Assembly (NCBI GenBank): GCA_963842525.1 | Contig: CAWJGT010000009.1 | Location: 1,696,001-1,760,000 of the forward strand | Source of the DNA: an uncultured Holophagales bacterium | GTDB taxonomy: Bacteria > Acidobacteriota > Thermoanaerobaculia > Multivoradales > UBA5704 | Direction of reading: 5' to 3' | DNA length: 64,000 bases | In this document: positions 12,262-22,971 of the stretch, piece after piece | How the letters are laid out: every line of letters starts with the position of its first letter | How positions within the stretch are numbered: the stretch's first letter is position 1 | The notes under the pieces: generated by a model | What the model saw: the letters and a program-made list of their open reading frames with translations, nothing else | Databases searched by the model: none | What the model was told of the DNA's origin: nothing | Position numbers and translations under genes: made by a program

Positions 12262-13592
12262 GCGTCCGCCAGGTCCCCGACGCGATCCAGTGGCACGAGG
12301 GCATGCTCCTCGCGCCGCAGCATTTCCAGCAGCTCGCGCTACGGCAGGACAACCTCCTCCATTACCACGCGACCGCCATCTCCCCGTACCACTGGGGCAT
12401 CCGGCACCTGAAGATCGACCCCGTCCTCCTGGTCGAGGGGACGCTGCGGGTGACCGAGCTCGAAGCCGTGATGCCCGACGGCCTCGCCGTCTCCTGGTAC
12501 GGCAGCGGAGGAGACGACCTCGAAGCGAGCCTGGCGCCTTTTGCGGACGCCTTGAAGACGGCGCCGCTCCGGGTGCACCTCGCCGTGCCGGCGCGCCGCT
12601 CCGGCCTGTCGCCGGTCAAGGGGGAGCTGCCGCGCTACGACTCGATCGAGGGCGATCCGGTGGCCGACGAGAGCTCGGGCGACGGCGACCTGCGCATCCC
12701 GCGGCTGCGCCCGCGCCTCTCCCTGCTGGCCGCGGACACGCCGCCTCAGAAGTACGTCTCGTTCCCCCTGGCCGAGGTGGCCTACAGCAACGAGACGTTC
12801 GTGCTCACCGAGTTCCTGCCGCCCATGCTGCGGGTGACGCTGGGCTCGCCGCTCGGGCAGCTCTGCTCGACGATCGCGCGGCGGCTGCGCGAGAAGGCCG
12901 TGTTTCTCTCCGACCGCGCGCGGACGCCGTCAGTGGCGTCGCGTCCGCCGCAGCTCCTGGAGACCCGCGCCATGGTGCACAGCCTGGTGGCGGCGCTGCC
13001 GAACTTCGAGGCGGTGCTCAGCACCGGCCTGTCGCACCCCTACGCGCTCTACCTCGCCCTGACCTGGCTGGTCGGCCATGTGGCGTCGGTGGGGCGCGGC
13101 CTCCTGCCGCCGGTCCTCGATCCCTACGACCACGACGACCTCTGGGCCAGCTTCGATCAGGCGCGGCAGTTCGTCTTCCGGGTGATCGAAGAAGGGATCC
13201 TCGAGAGCTTCACGGCGTTCCCCTTCTACCTGGAGCGCGATGCCTTCCAGATCTCGTTCGACGAGGACTGGCGGACGCGCCGCCTGGTGCTCGGCGTACG
13301 GGCGCAGCAGGGGGTCTCGGAGACCGAGGTGGCCAAGTGGGTGGAGCAGTGCCTGATCGGCTCGAAGACGGTGATGCCGGGCCTGCGCGACCGGCGCATC
13401 CTCGGCGCCCGGCGCGAGCGGATCGAGAGCGAGGGGGACCTGGTGCCGGCGAGCGGCGTCGTGCTGTACGCCCTGGAGGCCGACGCGCAGCTCATCGAGC
13501 CCAACCAGATGCTGCAGGTGTGGAACGCCGCGGACCGGGGTGATCCGCCGCGCGCCTCCGAGATCGTCCTCTACGTGAAGAACCGGCGTTGA
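12258..13592 (+). CDS. tssK: T6SS baseplate subunit TssK
   Basis: IQWHEGMLLAPQHFQQ, YHWGI, EAVMPDG, PYDHDDL motifs. Confidence 0.9.
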   Translation: MSVRQVPDAIQWHEGMLLAPQHFQQLALRQDNLLHYHATAISPYHWGIRHLKIDPVLLVEGTLRVTELEAVMPDGLAVSWYGSGGDDLEASLAPFADALKTAPLRVHLAVPARRSGLSPVKGELPRYDSIEGDPVADESSGDGDLRIPRLRPRLSLLAADTPPQKYVSFPLAEVAYSNETFVLTEFLPPMLRVTLGSPLGQLCSTIARRLREKAVFLSDRARTPSVASRPPQLLETRAMVHSLVAALPNFEAVLSTGLSHPYALYLALTWLVGHVASVGRGLLPPVLDPYDHDDLWASFDQARQFVFRVIEEGILESFTAFPFYLERDAFQISFDEDWRTRRLVLGVRAQQGVSETEVAKWVEQCLIGSKTVMPGLRDRRILGARRERIESEGDLVPASGVVLYALEADAQLIEPNQMLQVWNAADRGDPPRASEIVLYVKNRR

Positions 13593-13614
13593 CGGGAGCC
13601 TCGGTGGTGCAGCG

Positions 13615-14436
13615 ATGAGCAACGGCGATTCTTTCCTTGTCAACCAGTTCCGCGATTTCTACCGCGAGGTGATCCGCTGGAAGGAGCGGGCTGTCCGCGA
13701 TCCGCTGGCTTTCCGGCCGCCGGTCGCCGTCACCATCCCTCCCTCTCCTGTCCCCGTCTCCTCCGTCTCCAATACCGAGGAGGCCGTGGCCGCCACCATC
13801 TGGCAGAGCCTGGTCGAGCAGCTCGAGCGGCAGGCCGTCGCGGTGCGGCGCAGCGGCGGCGAGTTCGCCGCCGAGGTCTTCCGCGAGGCCCAGTACGCCA
13901 TGGCCGCGCTCGCCGACGAGGTCTTCCTCCATCTCGACTGGCGCGGCCGGGACGAGTGGCAGGGGAACCTGCTGGAGCAGCGGCTCTTCGCCACCCATCG
14001 CGCCGGCGACGTGATATTCGAGCGGATCGAGCGCATCCTGCGCGCCCGCGACCCGCTGGACGTCGACCTGGCCAAGATCTACCTCATGGTCCTGGCGCTC
14101 GGCTTCCAGGGGCGCTACCGCGGGTCGGCCGACGGGCAAGCGCGCATCGACACCTACCGCCGCCAGCTCTACGCCTTCATCACCAACGAGGACCCCGACG
14201 CGCCGCGCGAGGCCAAGCCGCTCTTCTCCGAGGCCTACACCAGCACGCTGGAGATGGGGGAGGGGAGGCGTGTCGCGCCGGCGAGCCGCTGGTTCCTGGG
14301 GGTCTTCCTGCTCCTGATCCTCTGGGTGCTCGTCTCCCACCAGCTCTGGAGAGGGCTCATCACGGACATGGAACCGATCGTCCAGCGCATCCTGGTGGAC
14401 GACGTGAGCGCGGGGAGGCCGCCATCGACGCGCTGA
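13615..14436 (+). CDS. tssL: T6SS DotU/TssL membrane protein
   Basis: AQYAMAALADEVFL, LLEQRLF, YLMVLALGFQGRY, C-terminal TM. Confidence 0.9.
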   Translation: MSNGDSFLVNQFRDFYREVIRWKERAVRDPLAFRPPVAVTIPPSPVPVSSVSNTEEAVAATIWQSLVEQLERQAVAVRRSGGEFAAEVFREAQYAMAALADEVFLHLDWRGRDEWQGNLLEQRLFATHRAGDVIFERIERILRARDPLDVDLAKIYLMVLALGFQGRYRGSADGQARIDTYRRQLYAFITNEDPDAPREAKPLFSEAYTSTLEMGEGRRVAPASRWFLGVFLLLILWVLVSHQLWRGLITDMEPIVQRILVDDVSAGRPPSTR

Positions 14437-17400
14437 CGCAGCTCTCGCGCTACCTGCCGCAGGTGCTGGTCGCCATCGGCCTGCTGGTGCTGGCGATCGT
14501 CCTCCTGCTGGTGCTCCTGGTGCGCAAGCGCCGGGTGCAGGCGGCGCAGGCCGCGGCCGCAGAGGAGGCCGCCGCACCCGCAGCGGCGCCGGCGGAGGTC
14601 GTCACCGTCGACTTCACCCGCCCCGGCCAGGCGCTGCGTCTGCGCGGCTCGTTCTCGCGCGGCCTGCGCGACCTGCGCCGGCATCTCGGCCGGGGCGCCC
14701 GCTACCGGCTGCCCTGGTACCTGATGGTGGGGGAGACGAGCTCCGGCAAGTCCGAGCTTCTCGGCCGCGCCGGCCTCAACCTCCCCCTGGGGGAGCCGCC
14801 GGAGACCACGCCCGACGAGGGGGCCGGGTGCAACTTCTGGTTCCTGGACGGCGGCGTGGTGCTCGACGTGGCGGGCGACTTCCTGCTGCGCTCCGGCAGC
14901 CGCGGCAACGACGCCGGGTGGAAGCAGCTCCTCCATCTCCTGCGGGCGGAACGCCCGGAGCGCCCGCTGGACGGACTGTTGCTCGCCGTCTCGGCCGCCG
15001 GCCTGCTCGCCGACGGCCAGGCCGCGGTCACCGGCAAGGCCGACGAGATCTGCCGCAAGCTGCGCGACGCCCAGCGCGAGCTCGGCATGAATTTTCCGAT
15101 CTACGTCCTGGTCACCGGCTGTGACCGCGTCCCGGGCTTCGCCAGCCTCTTCCGCGAAGTGCCGGAGTCGGCGGAGGGGGAGATCTTCGGCTGGTCGAGC
15201 CCCTACGGCCTCGAGGCCCCCTTCCGGACCGAGTGGGTGGACGAGGCCTTCCAGACCGTCGGAGCGAGCCTCAAGAAGATCCAGCTCAACATCCTCGGCG
15301 AGCGGATCCAGATCGACGAGCCCGACGGCGTATTCCTCTTCCCCGCCGAGGTCCAGGGCCTGCGCGATCCGCTGCGGGTCCTGCTGAGCCAGATCTTCCG
15401 GGCGAGCACGTTCACCGAGCCGCTCGTCCTGCGCGGCCTCTACTTCTGCGGCGAGCTGCGCGGCGAGGCGATCGAGTCGAAGGCGGCTCCGGACCTCCTG
15501 GCGATGGGCTGGCAGTCGGCCTGGCGGGACGCGTCGAGGCGCGTCCTCTTCCTGCGCGACCTGCTGGAGCGCAAGGTCTTCCCCGAGCGCGGCCTGGCGC
15601 GCTTCGCCTCGCGCAACCTGACGGGGCGCAGCCGGCTCGTGCGCATCGCGCAGGTCGCCCTGGTGGTGCTGGCGCTCGTCACGGGCCTCGGCATCTGGTG
15701 GGCCCATTCGCGGCTCGCCAAGCGCGAGCCGAGCCTCCGGGCCTTCCTGCTCCAGACCTCGCGGGACCTGGCGGAGACCCGGGAGCGGCGGGCGGCCGGA
15801 GAGGACCTCACCGAAGCCTATCTGGAAGAGAGGACCCTCCGCTTCCTGGGCCGGACCGGGCTGGCGGGGATCGACGCCAGTGCCTACCGCTCGATCTTCC
15901 TGCCAAGCTCCTGGTTCAGCGCCTTCAACCGCGGCTTCAAGCAGTCGATCACCATCGGCTACAACGAGGTCGTCTTCAATGCCCTCTCGATGGAGCTCCA
16001 GCACCGGGCGTCCGACCTCATCCACAAAGGCCGCCCCGTCCGGCTCCAGGAGGCGCTGCCGCTGACCGACGACCTCGCGGACCTCGCCGGTGTCGGGTCC
16101 GCCGTCGGGGGTGGGGCCGAAGCCGGTCAGCCCGGGGTGTTTGAGGGGGTCGAGGAGGGCGAGGACGAGCGCTTTGTCAACGAGGACGTCGACGACACCG
16201 CCGCGATCACGTTCGCGGCCCCCGAGATCCTGGCGGTCGAGGGGACGCCCGAGGTCCTCGCGCTACGCGAGTACACGGCCCGGCTCACCGAGCTGTCGCG
16301 AAAGGCCCGCAGCTACAACAACCTGCGGGAGACCCGCGACCTCCACGAGCTGGCGGACCTCGTCCAGTACCTCTTCGGCGCCGCCATGCCGCCGGGGTTC
16401 TTCGAGCACGCGGGGACCTACCAGAAGGCGCTACGCTCGGTCGTCTACAAGCCGTTCGACTCCAATGTGTACCAGGCCGACGCGAGCCTCACGGCCACCC
16501 TCCTGGCGGACCAGATCTTCGAGCGCCTTTACCACGGCAACGCCCTCGTCTTCTACCTGAAGACGCTGCAGGACGAGCTCGACCAGATCGGGACGGCCGC
16601 GGCAGGGAACATTTCCAAGTCACGGCTGCTGCGCGAGCTCTCGGTGGCGGCGGAGCAGACCGAGCAGGTGCTGGCCCGCTCCGAGCTCGCCTGGACGGCC
16701 AGTCCGACCTTCGCCCTCGGGAAGCCCTTCGAGAAGGACCTCGAAGCGGTCCATGGCTGCGAGCTGCTGGGTCCCACCGTGGAGCAGGAGATCCGCCAGA
16801 AGGGCGAGGCCGCGACCCTGGCGCTCCAGCAGGAGCTCGCCGCCTACCAGACCGTCTACACCGGGCCGTTGCTGCGCCGCGACGCCCCGGGCAAGCCGTG
16901 GAAGCTCTCGCCCAACGTGCTGGAGCTGCGCAATGCGCTGCTCGGTCTGCTCAACGAGAGCTTCATGCACCTGCGCAGCCGCCGTACGCTCCAGGTGGAC
17001 GTCGCCCGCGGCACCCGGTTGACCTGGGACACCCGCCAGCTCCAGGAGGCGGTCCAGCTCTACGAGCCCTACAAGGCCTTTGTCGAGGGAGGGCTGCGCC
17101 GCTTCCCGCCCAGCCTGCGCGACCCGCTCCAGCAGTCCGCCCGCAACCGCCTGAGCGCCCGCCTCATGGAGCAGGTCGCCGAGGCCCAGCGCTTCAGCGC
17201 CGTCGTGGGAAGCGACACCTTCCTCGAGCGCGAGATCCAGGCCGAGGTGGACAACTTCCGGGCCGCCGGCCAGCCGCTCTCCGACCTGATCAGCATCTTC
17301 GATCGCATCGACTCTCCCGCGGACCACGAGTTGCTGCAGCGGGTCACGCTCGCCCAGGCCCAGGGCCTGCTGCGCTCGGTCGACCGCCTGCTGGAGTCGG

Positions 17401-18767
17401 AGTCGCTGTACGTGCCCAAGGGGGGAGACTTCGACTGGTGGGACGGCGGCAGGACGGTCGCCTTCGAGGCCTTCGGAGTGGACGACGCCGAGGAGCTCGC
17501 CGCCTACCTGGAAGCCCAGCGCGCACGGCTGGCCCAGATCGCCGAGCAGTACGCCGACCCGGCCCTGCGCGTGCTGGCGGGCTCGTCGCGCGACAGCGAG
17601 CTGCGCAAGCTGGTCAACAAGTGGAACGCCATCGTCGCCGAGCTCCGTAAGCACGACGCCAAGAAGCCGGGCAACTCGGTCGCCGCCCTGGAAGAGTGGA
17701 TCGGCCAGCTCCCGCAGCTCGACACCCGGAGCTGCATGAAGACCCTGGCGCCGAAGCGGCTGGACGAACGGCCGCCCGACTGGTTCCTCCAGGTGCGCGC
17801 CGGGCTGCGCCGCGAGCTTTTCGTGCGCTGCCAGGAGCTCGCCGGAGGGCAGGCCCGCAGCGGCTACCAGGAGATCGCGAGCGTTTTCAACCAGCGCCTC
17901 GCCGGCCGCTTCCCCTTCTCCCGCGAGCTGCCCGGCCCCCACGACCGCGAGGCCGATCCGGCCGACCTGCGCGCCTTCTTCAAGGTCTTCGACGCCCAGG
18001 CCCCGGCCCTCGAGGCCCTCGCCGAAGGCGATCCCCGCTTCGGCGACCAGGAGGACGAGATCCGCCTCTTCCTCGAACGCATGCGCAAGGTGCGCGCCCT
18101 GTTCGGCCCGTTCCTCGAAGATCCGAAACGGCCGGAGGTCCCGTCCTTCGACTTCGAGGTCGACTTCCGGACCAACACCAAGACCGGGCATGAGAAGGGG
18201 GGCAACCAGATCATCCGCTGGGAGCTGACCGCCGGCGACGACCGGCTGGTCCGCTGGAGCGCTCCCGTGCTGGGCGCCCGCTGGAGCCTGGGCGAGCCGG
18301 TCCGCCTGGCCCTGCAATGGGCCAAGGACGCCGAGGACATGCCGCTGCCGCCCCCCGGCAAGGCCGCCGAGCCGCGCATGAAGGTGGAGGGCCGGACCGT
18401 CTCCTACACCTATACCGGCCGCTGGTCGCTCTTCTCCTTCCTGCGCGAGCGCGCCGGCGAGGAGACCGACTTCGAAGGCGGCGACGACCCGCACCCGCAG
18501 ACGCTCCGCTTCGCGATCGACACCGGCCCGGCCCCGGCCGCCGGTCAGGACGAGGACGAGGAGAACGACAAGAATAAGCCCGCGACTCCGGAGAGGACGG
18601 GCCAGGTCAAGGTCTTCGTCCGCGTCACGCTGATGGCGATCGAGAAAAAGGACAAGGAAGAGACGCGCAAGGAGATCGAGCTGCCGGACTTCCCGGCCCG
18701 CGCTCCCGTGCCGAGCGCCCAGATGGCGGGGGGCGAAGAGGCCGGCGCGCAGGGGAAAACGCGATGA
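14424..18767 (+). CDS. tssM: T6SS membrane subunit TssM/IcmF (long form)
   Basis: LPWYLMVGETSSGKS Walker A, RPERPLDGLLL, LRGLYFCG, LAGRFPF; start placed at in-frame ATC after GGGGAGG (no ATG; possibly a sequence error). Confidence 0.88.
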   Translation: MDALTQLSRYLPQVLVAIGLLVLAIVLLLVLLVRKRRVQAAQAAAAEEAAAPAAAPAEVVTVDFTRPGQALRLRGSFSRGLRDLRRHLGRGARYRLPWYLMVGETSSGKSELLGRAGLNLPLGEPPETTPDEGAGCNFWFLDGGVVLDVAGDFLLRSGSRGNDAGWKQLLHLLRAERPERPLDGLLLAVSAAGLLADGQAAVTGKADEICRKLRDAQRELGMNFPIYVLVTGCDRVPGFASLFREVPESAEGEIFGWSSPYGLEAPFRTEWVDEAFQTVGASLKKIQLNILGERIQIDEPDGVFLFPAEVQGLRDPLRVLLSQIFRASTFTEPLVLRGLYFCGELRGEAIESKAAPDLLAMGWQSAWRDASRRVLFLRDLLERKVFPERGLARFASRNLTGRSRLVRIAQVALVVLALVTGLGIWWAHSRLAKREPSLRAFLLQTSRDLAETRERRAAGEDLTEAYLEERTLRFLGRTGLAGIDASAYRSIFLPSSWFSAFNRGFKQSITIGYNEVVFNALSMELQHRASDLIHKGRPVRLQEALPLTDDLADLAGVGSAVGGGAEAGQPGVFEGVEEGEDERFVNEDVDDTAAITFAAPEILAVEGTPEVLALREYTARLTELSRKARSYNNLRETRDLHELADLVQYLFGAAMPPGFFEHAGTYQKALRSVVYKPFDSNVYQADASLTATLLADQIFERLYHGNALVFYLKTLQDELDQIGTAAAGNISKSRLLRELSVAAEQTEQVLARSELAWTASPTFALGKPFEKDLEAVHGCELLGPTVEQEIRQKGEAATLALQQELAAYQTVYTGPLLRRDAPGKPWKLSPNVLELRNALLGLLNESFMHLRSRRTLQVDVARGTRLTWDTRQLQEAVQLYEPYKAFVEGGLRRFPPSLRDPLQQSARNRLSARLMEQVAEAQRFSAVVGSDTFLEREIQAEVDNFRAAGQPLSDLISIFDRIDSPADHELLQRVTLAQAQGLLRSVDRLLESESLYVPKGGDFDWWDGGRTVAFEAFGVDDAEELAAYLEAQRARLAQIAEQYADPALRVLAGSSRDSELRKLVNKWNAIVAELRKHDAKKPGNSVAALEEWIGQLPQLDTRSCMKTLAPKRLDERPPDWFLQVRAGLRRELFVRCQELAGGQARSGYQEIASVFNQRLAGRFPFSRELPGPHDREADPADLRAFFKVFDAQAPALEALAEGDPRFGDQEDEIRLFLERMRKVRALFGPFLEDPKRPEVPSFDFEVDFRTNTKTGHEKGGNQIIRWELTAGDDRLVRWSAPVLGARWSLGEPVRLALQWAKDAEDMPLPPPGKAAEPRMKVEGRTVSYTYTGRWSLFSFLRERAGEETDFEGGDDPHPQTLRFAIDTGPAPAAGQDEDEENDKNKPATPERTGQVKVFVRVTLMAIEKKDKEETRKEIELPDFPARAPVPSAQMAGGEEAGAQGKTR

Positions 18768-19873
18768 AGGTCGACCTGGAGAGGCTTCTCACCCCCATCT
18801 CGGGCACCCGGCCGTCGGGCGAGCCGCTGCGCTATGCGGGGCTCTACGACCAGGTCCAGGAGGCGCGGCGGGAGGACGACCCGACGCTGCCGCAGGGGGT
18901 CTGGAAAACCGAGCTCAAGAAGGCCGACTGGCCCGAGGTCGAGCGGCTCTGCCAGGAGGCGCTGGAGACCCGCACCAAGGACCTGCAGCTCGCCGTGTGG
19001 CTGCTGGAGGCCTGGCTCCATCTCGACGGCGCGGCGGGCGTGGCCCAGGGTCTGCACCTCCTCGGCGGCCTCTGCGAGAGCTTCTGGGACACCCTTCATC
19101 CTGCCAGCGAAGAGGGCGGTGACTCGGAGGGGGATGGCCTGGAGGCGCGCATCGCGCCGCTCTGGTGGCTGGAGGAGAGGCTCTCCGAGCAGGTCCGGCA
19201 GCAGATCCCGGTCACCGACCCGGGGACGAACGAGGCGCCGGTCTACACGCTCGCCGACTGGGAGAGCGCCTGCCATCTGGAGAACCTGGCGCGCACCAAC
19301 CCGGCCGTGCTGCATGCCGCCGAAGGCGACCCCGTCAAGGTGACGCCGCCGAAATTCCTGACCAGCGTCAGCCTGACGCCGGCCTCGTTCTATGCCGTGC
19401 TGGTGTCGAACCTGCGCCAGGCCCTGGAGGCCGTGGGCGGGCTCGCCGCCCTGCTGGAGAGCCGTTGCGGCGCCCAGGCGCCCGGGTTCCGCCGCTTCAC
19501 CGCGAGCCTGGCCGCCATCCAGCAGATGGGACAGCGGATCCTGGAGGAGAAGCCGCGGGAGACCGCCGAGCCGGAGGAGGGAGACGACATGGCCATGCCG
19601 CTCTGGGCCGACGACAGCGGAGAGGAGCTGGAGCCCGGCTCCGCGGGAGGGCCGATCCGCAGCCGCAGCGAGGCGTACCGGCGCCTGGCGGATGCGGCGG
19701 ACTTCCTGATGCGCACCGAGCCGCACAGCCCGGTGCCCTATCTGGTCAAGCGCGCTGTCGGCTGGGGGAGCCTGAGCCTCTCCGAGCTGCTCCAGGAGCT
19801 GCTGCGGGACGGCTCGGAGCTGAATGCCTTGTACAGCCTGCTGGGGATCAAGGGAGTGGGAATCGAACGGTGA
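18764..19873 (+). CDS. tssA: T6SS TssA (ImpA_N domain)
   Basis: LLTPISGTRPSGEPLRY, ADWPEV, TKDLQLAVWL, C-terminal IRSRSEAY...EPHSPVPYLVKRAVGWG. Confidence 0.9.
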   Translation: MKVDLERLLTPISGTRPSGEPLRYAGLYDQVQEARREDDPTLPQGVWKTELKKADWPEVERLCQEALETRTKDLQLAVWLLEAWLHLDGAAGVAQGLHLLGGLCESFWDTLHPASEEGGDSEGDGLEARIAPLWWLEERLSEQVRQQIPVTDPGTNEAPVYTLADWESACHLENLARTNPAVLHAAEGDPVKVTPPKFLTSVSLTPASFYAVLVSNLRQALEAVGGLAALLESRCGAQAPGFRRFTASLAAIQQMGQRILEEKPRETAEPEEGDDMAMPLWADDSGEELEPGSAGGPIRSRSEAYRRLADAADFLMRTEPHSPVPYLVKRAVGWGSLSLSELLQELLRDGSELNALYSLLGIKGVGIER

Positions 19874-19916
19874 AAACGCGCTTCGGCGATCGAGATCGAA
19901 GCGAACAGGAGGACAT

Positions 19917-20438
19917 ATGCCCGAGAGCACGCAGAAGAAGTTGAGCCGGATCCGGCCGCCGCGGGTGCAGATCACCTACGACGTCGAGACCGGCGGCGCC
20001 ATCATCATGAAGGAGCTTCCGTTCGTGGCCGGCATCCTTGCCGACCTCTCCGGCAAGCCCGCCGAGGCGCTCCCCAAGATGAAGGACCGGAAGTTCGTCG
20101 AGATCGACCGCGACAACTTCAACGACGTCCTGGCTTCCTGCAAGCCGCGCCTGGCCTTCCGGGTCCAGAACCGGCTGTCGGAGGAGGACAGCAAACTGTC
20201 GGTCGAGCTGGGCTTCAAGCACATGGACGAATTCAACCCCGCCGAGGTGGTCAAGCAGATCGAGCCGTTGCGCAAGCTGTTCGAAGCGCGCCAGCGTCTG
20301 ATGGACCTCCTCGCCAAGCTCGACGGCAACGACAAGCTGGAAGAGCTGCTGCGCGAGGTTGCCGAGAAACCCGAGAGCCAGCAGGCTCTCAAGGCTCTGA
20401 CCAACGGCGGCGCCGAAACCGCTCCGGCCACCACCTAG
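19917..20438 (+). CDS. tssB: T6SS contractile sheath small subunit
   Basis: RPPRVQITYDVETGGA...ELPFVAGILADLSG...RKFVEIDRDNF. Confidence 0.95.
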   Translation: MPESTQKKLSRIRPPRVQITYDVETGGAIIMKELPFVAGILADLSGKPAEALPKMKDRKFVEIDRDNFNDVLASCKPRLAFRVQNRLSEEDSKLSVELGFKHMDEFNPAEVVKQIEPLRKLFEARQRLMDLLAKLDGNDKLEELLREVAEKPESQQALKALTNGGAETAPATT

Positions 20439-20451
20439 GAGGGAATGAACC

Positions 20452-21943
20452 ATGGCTGACGAGACCAACGCCGGCGCCGCCCCAGAGGCGGGAGCCGCTA
20501 CGACGCAAGAGCAGACCCTGCTCGACAAGATCATCCAGGAAGGCAAGATGGCGCGCGACGAGTCGCAGCAGGCCTATGCCAAGGACCTGATCAGCGAGTT
20601 CGTCAATCAGATCCTCGAAGGCGGGATGACGGTGTCCTCCGACACCGTGGCCTCCATCGAGGCACAGGTGGCGCGCATCGACGAGCTGCTGACCGCGCAG
20701 CTGAACGAGATCCTCCACGACGACGACTTCCAGCACCTGGAGGCCTCCTGGCGCGGCCTGCACTACCTGGTGTTCAACTCCGAGACCGGCACGCGCTGAA
20801 GCTGCGCGTCCTCAACGCCACCAAGAAGGAGCTCCTCAACGACCTGGAGAAGGCCACCGAGTTCGACCAGAGCCAGCTCTTCAAGAAGGTCTACGAGGAG
20901 GAGTACGGCACCTTCGGCGGCAACCCCTACGGCATGCTGGTCGGCGACTACGAGTTCGGCCGCCACGCGCAGGACATGGCCCTGCTCGAAAAGATCTCGA
21001 ACGTCGCCGCCGCGGCGCACGCGCCGTTCATCGCCGCCGCCAGCCCCAAGCTGTTCGACATGGGACGGCTTCACCGAGCTCGGCGTGCCGCGCGACCTGG
21101 CGAAGATCTTCGAGAGCGCCGAGCTGATCAAGTGGCGTTCCTTCCGCGACAGCGAGGATTCGCGCTACGTCGCCCTCGTGCTGCCGCACATCCTGCTGCG
21201 CCTGCCCTACGGGTCCAACACCATCTCGGTGGAGGCTTCAACTTCGAGGAGGACGTCGACGGCCGCGACCACAAGAAGTACCTGTGGGGCAACGCCGCCT
21301 AGGCCCTCGGCGCAGCGCATCACCAACGCCTTCGCCCTCTATTCATGGTCCGCGGCGATCCGCGGCGTCGAGGGCGGCGGCATGGTCGAGGGGCTGCCGA
21401 CCCACACCTTCAAGACCGACGAAGGGGACATCGCCCTGAAGTGCCCGACCGAGATCGCCATCACCGACCGCCGCGAGAAGGAGCTCGACGACCTCGGCTT
21501 CATCTCCCTGGTCCACTGCAAGGGCACCGACTACGCGGCCTTCTTCGGCGGCGCAGACCACGCAGAAGCCGAAGGTCTACGACACGGCCGAGGCCAACGC
21601 CAACGCGCGCATCTCGGCGCAGCTGCCCTACATCCTGGCGGCCTCGCGCTTCGCCCACTACCTCAAGGCGATGATGCGCGACAAGATCGGCAGCTTCATG
21701 ACCGCCGACAACGTGTCGACCTTCCTCAACCGCTGGATCAACAACTACGTGATGGGCCGCGACGACGCCGGCCAGGACCTCAAGGCCCAGTACCCGCTGC
21801 GCGAGGCCCGCGTCGACGTCTCCGAAGTGCCCGGCAAGCCGGGCGTCTACAAGGCCGTCGCGTTCCTCCGGCCCCACTTCCAGCTCGAGGAGCTGACCAC
21901 CTCGATCCGGCTGGTGGCCGCCCTGCCGCCTCCCGCGGCCTAA
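20452..21943 (+). CDS. tssC: T6SS contractile sheath large subunit, broken by about five indels
   Basis: Fragments in alternating frames: [94 protein letters not shown]. Confidence 0.9.
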
Positions 21944-21978
21944 CGGCATGACAGGACTCTGATCCCAGGAGAAATACG

Positions 21979-22485
21979 ATGGCGACCAATATGTATCTCA
22001 AGTTTGAGACCCCCGCGGTCACCGGCGGCAGCACGTCCGCCGAGCACGCGGGAGAGATCGAGATCATGTCCTGGAGCCACGGCTTCAGCCAGCCGACCTC
22101 GCCGGTGCGCAGCACCGCCGGCGCCGGCTCCGTGGAGCAGGCGAACCACTCGAATTTCACGTTCACCAAATACATCGACTCCGCGACGGACGATCTCCTC
22201 AAAAACTGCTGGTCGGGCAAGCAGTTCGCCAAGGCCACGGTGACCTGCTACCGCGCGGACGGCGCCGCCGACAACAAGCCGGTCGAATACCTGAAGATCA
22301 TCATGGAGCACGTGGTCATCTCCAACTTCAGCATTTCGGGCGGCGCCGGCGACGTCCCGGTGGAAAACGTCTCCCTCGACTACGGCATCGTGCAGTACAA
22401 CTATAAGCCGCAGAAGAAGGCGGACGGCAGCGGCGGCACGGCCGTGCCCATCAAGCACGACCTGGAGACGAGGGTGATTTCGTAA
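21979..22485 (+). CDS. hcp: T6SS tube protein Hcp
   Basis: GGSTSAEHAGEIEIMSWSHG, FTFTKYIDSAT, PVENVSLDY. Confidence 0.95.
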   Translation: MATNMYLKFETPAVTGGSTSAEHAGEIEIMSWSHGFSQPTSPVRSTAGAGSVEQANHSNFTFTKYIDSATDDLLKNCWSGKQFAKATVTCYRADGAADNKPVEYLKIIMEHVVISNFSISGGAGDVPVENVSLDYGIVQYNYKPQKKADGSGGTAVPIKHDLETRVIS

Positions 22486-22488
22486 GGC

Positions 22489-22971
22489 ATGAGCGATCAT
22501 GTCAGGGCGCCTCTCTTCGACCGGCTCGTGGACCTCGATCCACGGTCGCCCGGAGAGCCGCGTCCCCTGCGGACGCTGGACCGTGCCGGGCTGCGCGAGT
22601 CGGTCCGCCGGGAGCTGGAGCGGCTGCTCAACACCCGCTCCTCACTTCCGGTGGACCGGCTCGAAGAGCGCCCGGACCTGACGGTCCTGGAGTACGGGAT
22701 CCCGGACTTCTCGGCCTTTTCGGCCGGCAGGCCCGAGGACCAGCAGCGCATGGCCCGGATCCTCGCCCGCGCCATCGCCGCTTTCGAGCCGCGCCTGCAC
22801 GAGGTGCGGGCCGTCTTCGAGGAGCTCTACGACTCGGGCCGGGCCGCGGCCTGGCGCTTCGACGCGGTCCTGATCTTCGACGAGGTGCGCGAGCCGGTGT
22901 CGTTCCCCACCCTCCTCACGGTGCAGAGCGGCGAGGCCCAGGTGAGCCTGACGAGCCTGCGGAATGGGTGA
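22489..22971 (+). CDS. tssE: T6SS baseplate TssE (gp25-like)
   Basis: PLFDRL, ESVRRELERLLNTR, YGIPDF, IAAFEPRL. Confidence 0.9.
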   Translation: MSDHVRAPLFDRLVDLDPRSPGEPRPLRTLDRAGLRESVRRELERLLNTRSSLPVDRLEERPDLTVLEYGIPDFSAFSAGRPEDQQRMARILARAIAAFEPRLHEVRAVFEELYDSGRAAAWRFDAVLIFDEVREPVSFPTLLTVQSGEAQVSLTSLRNG

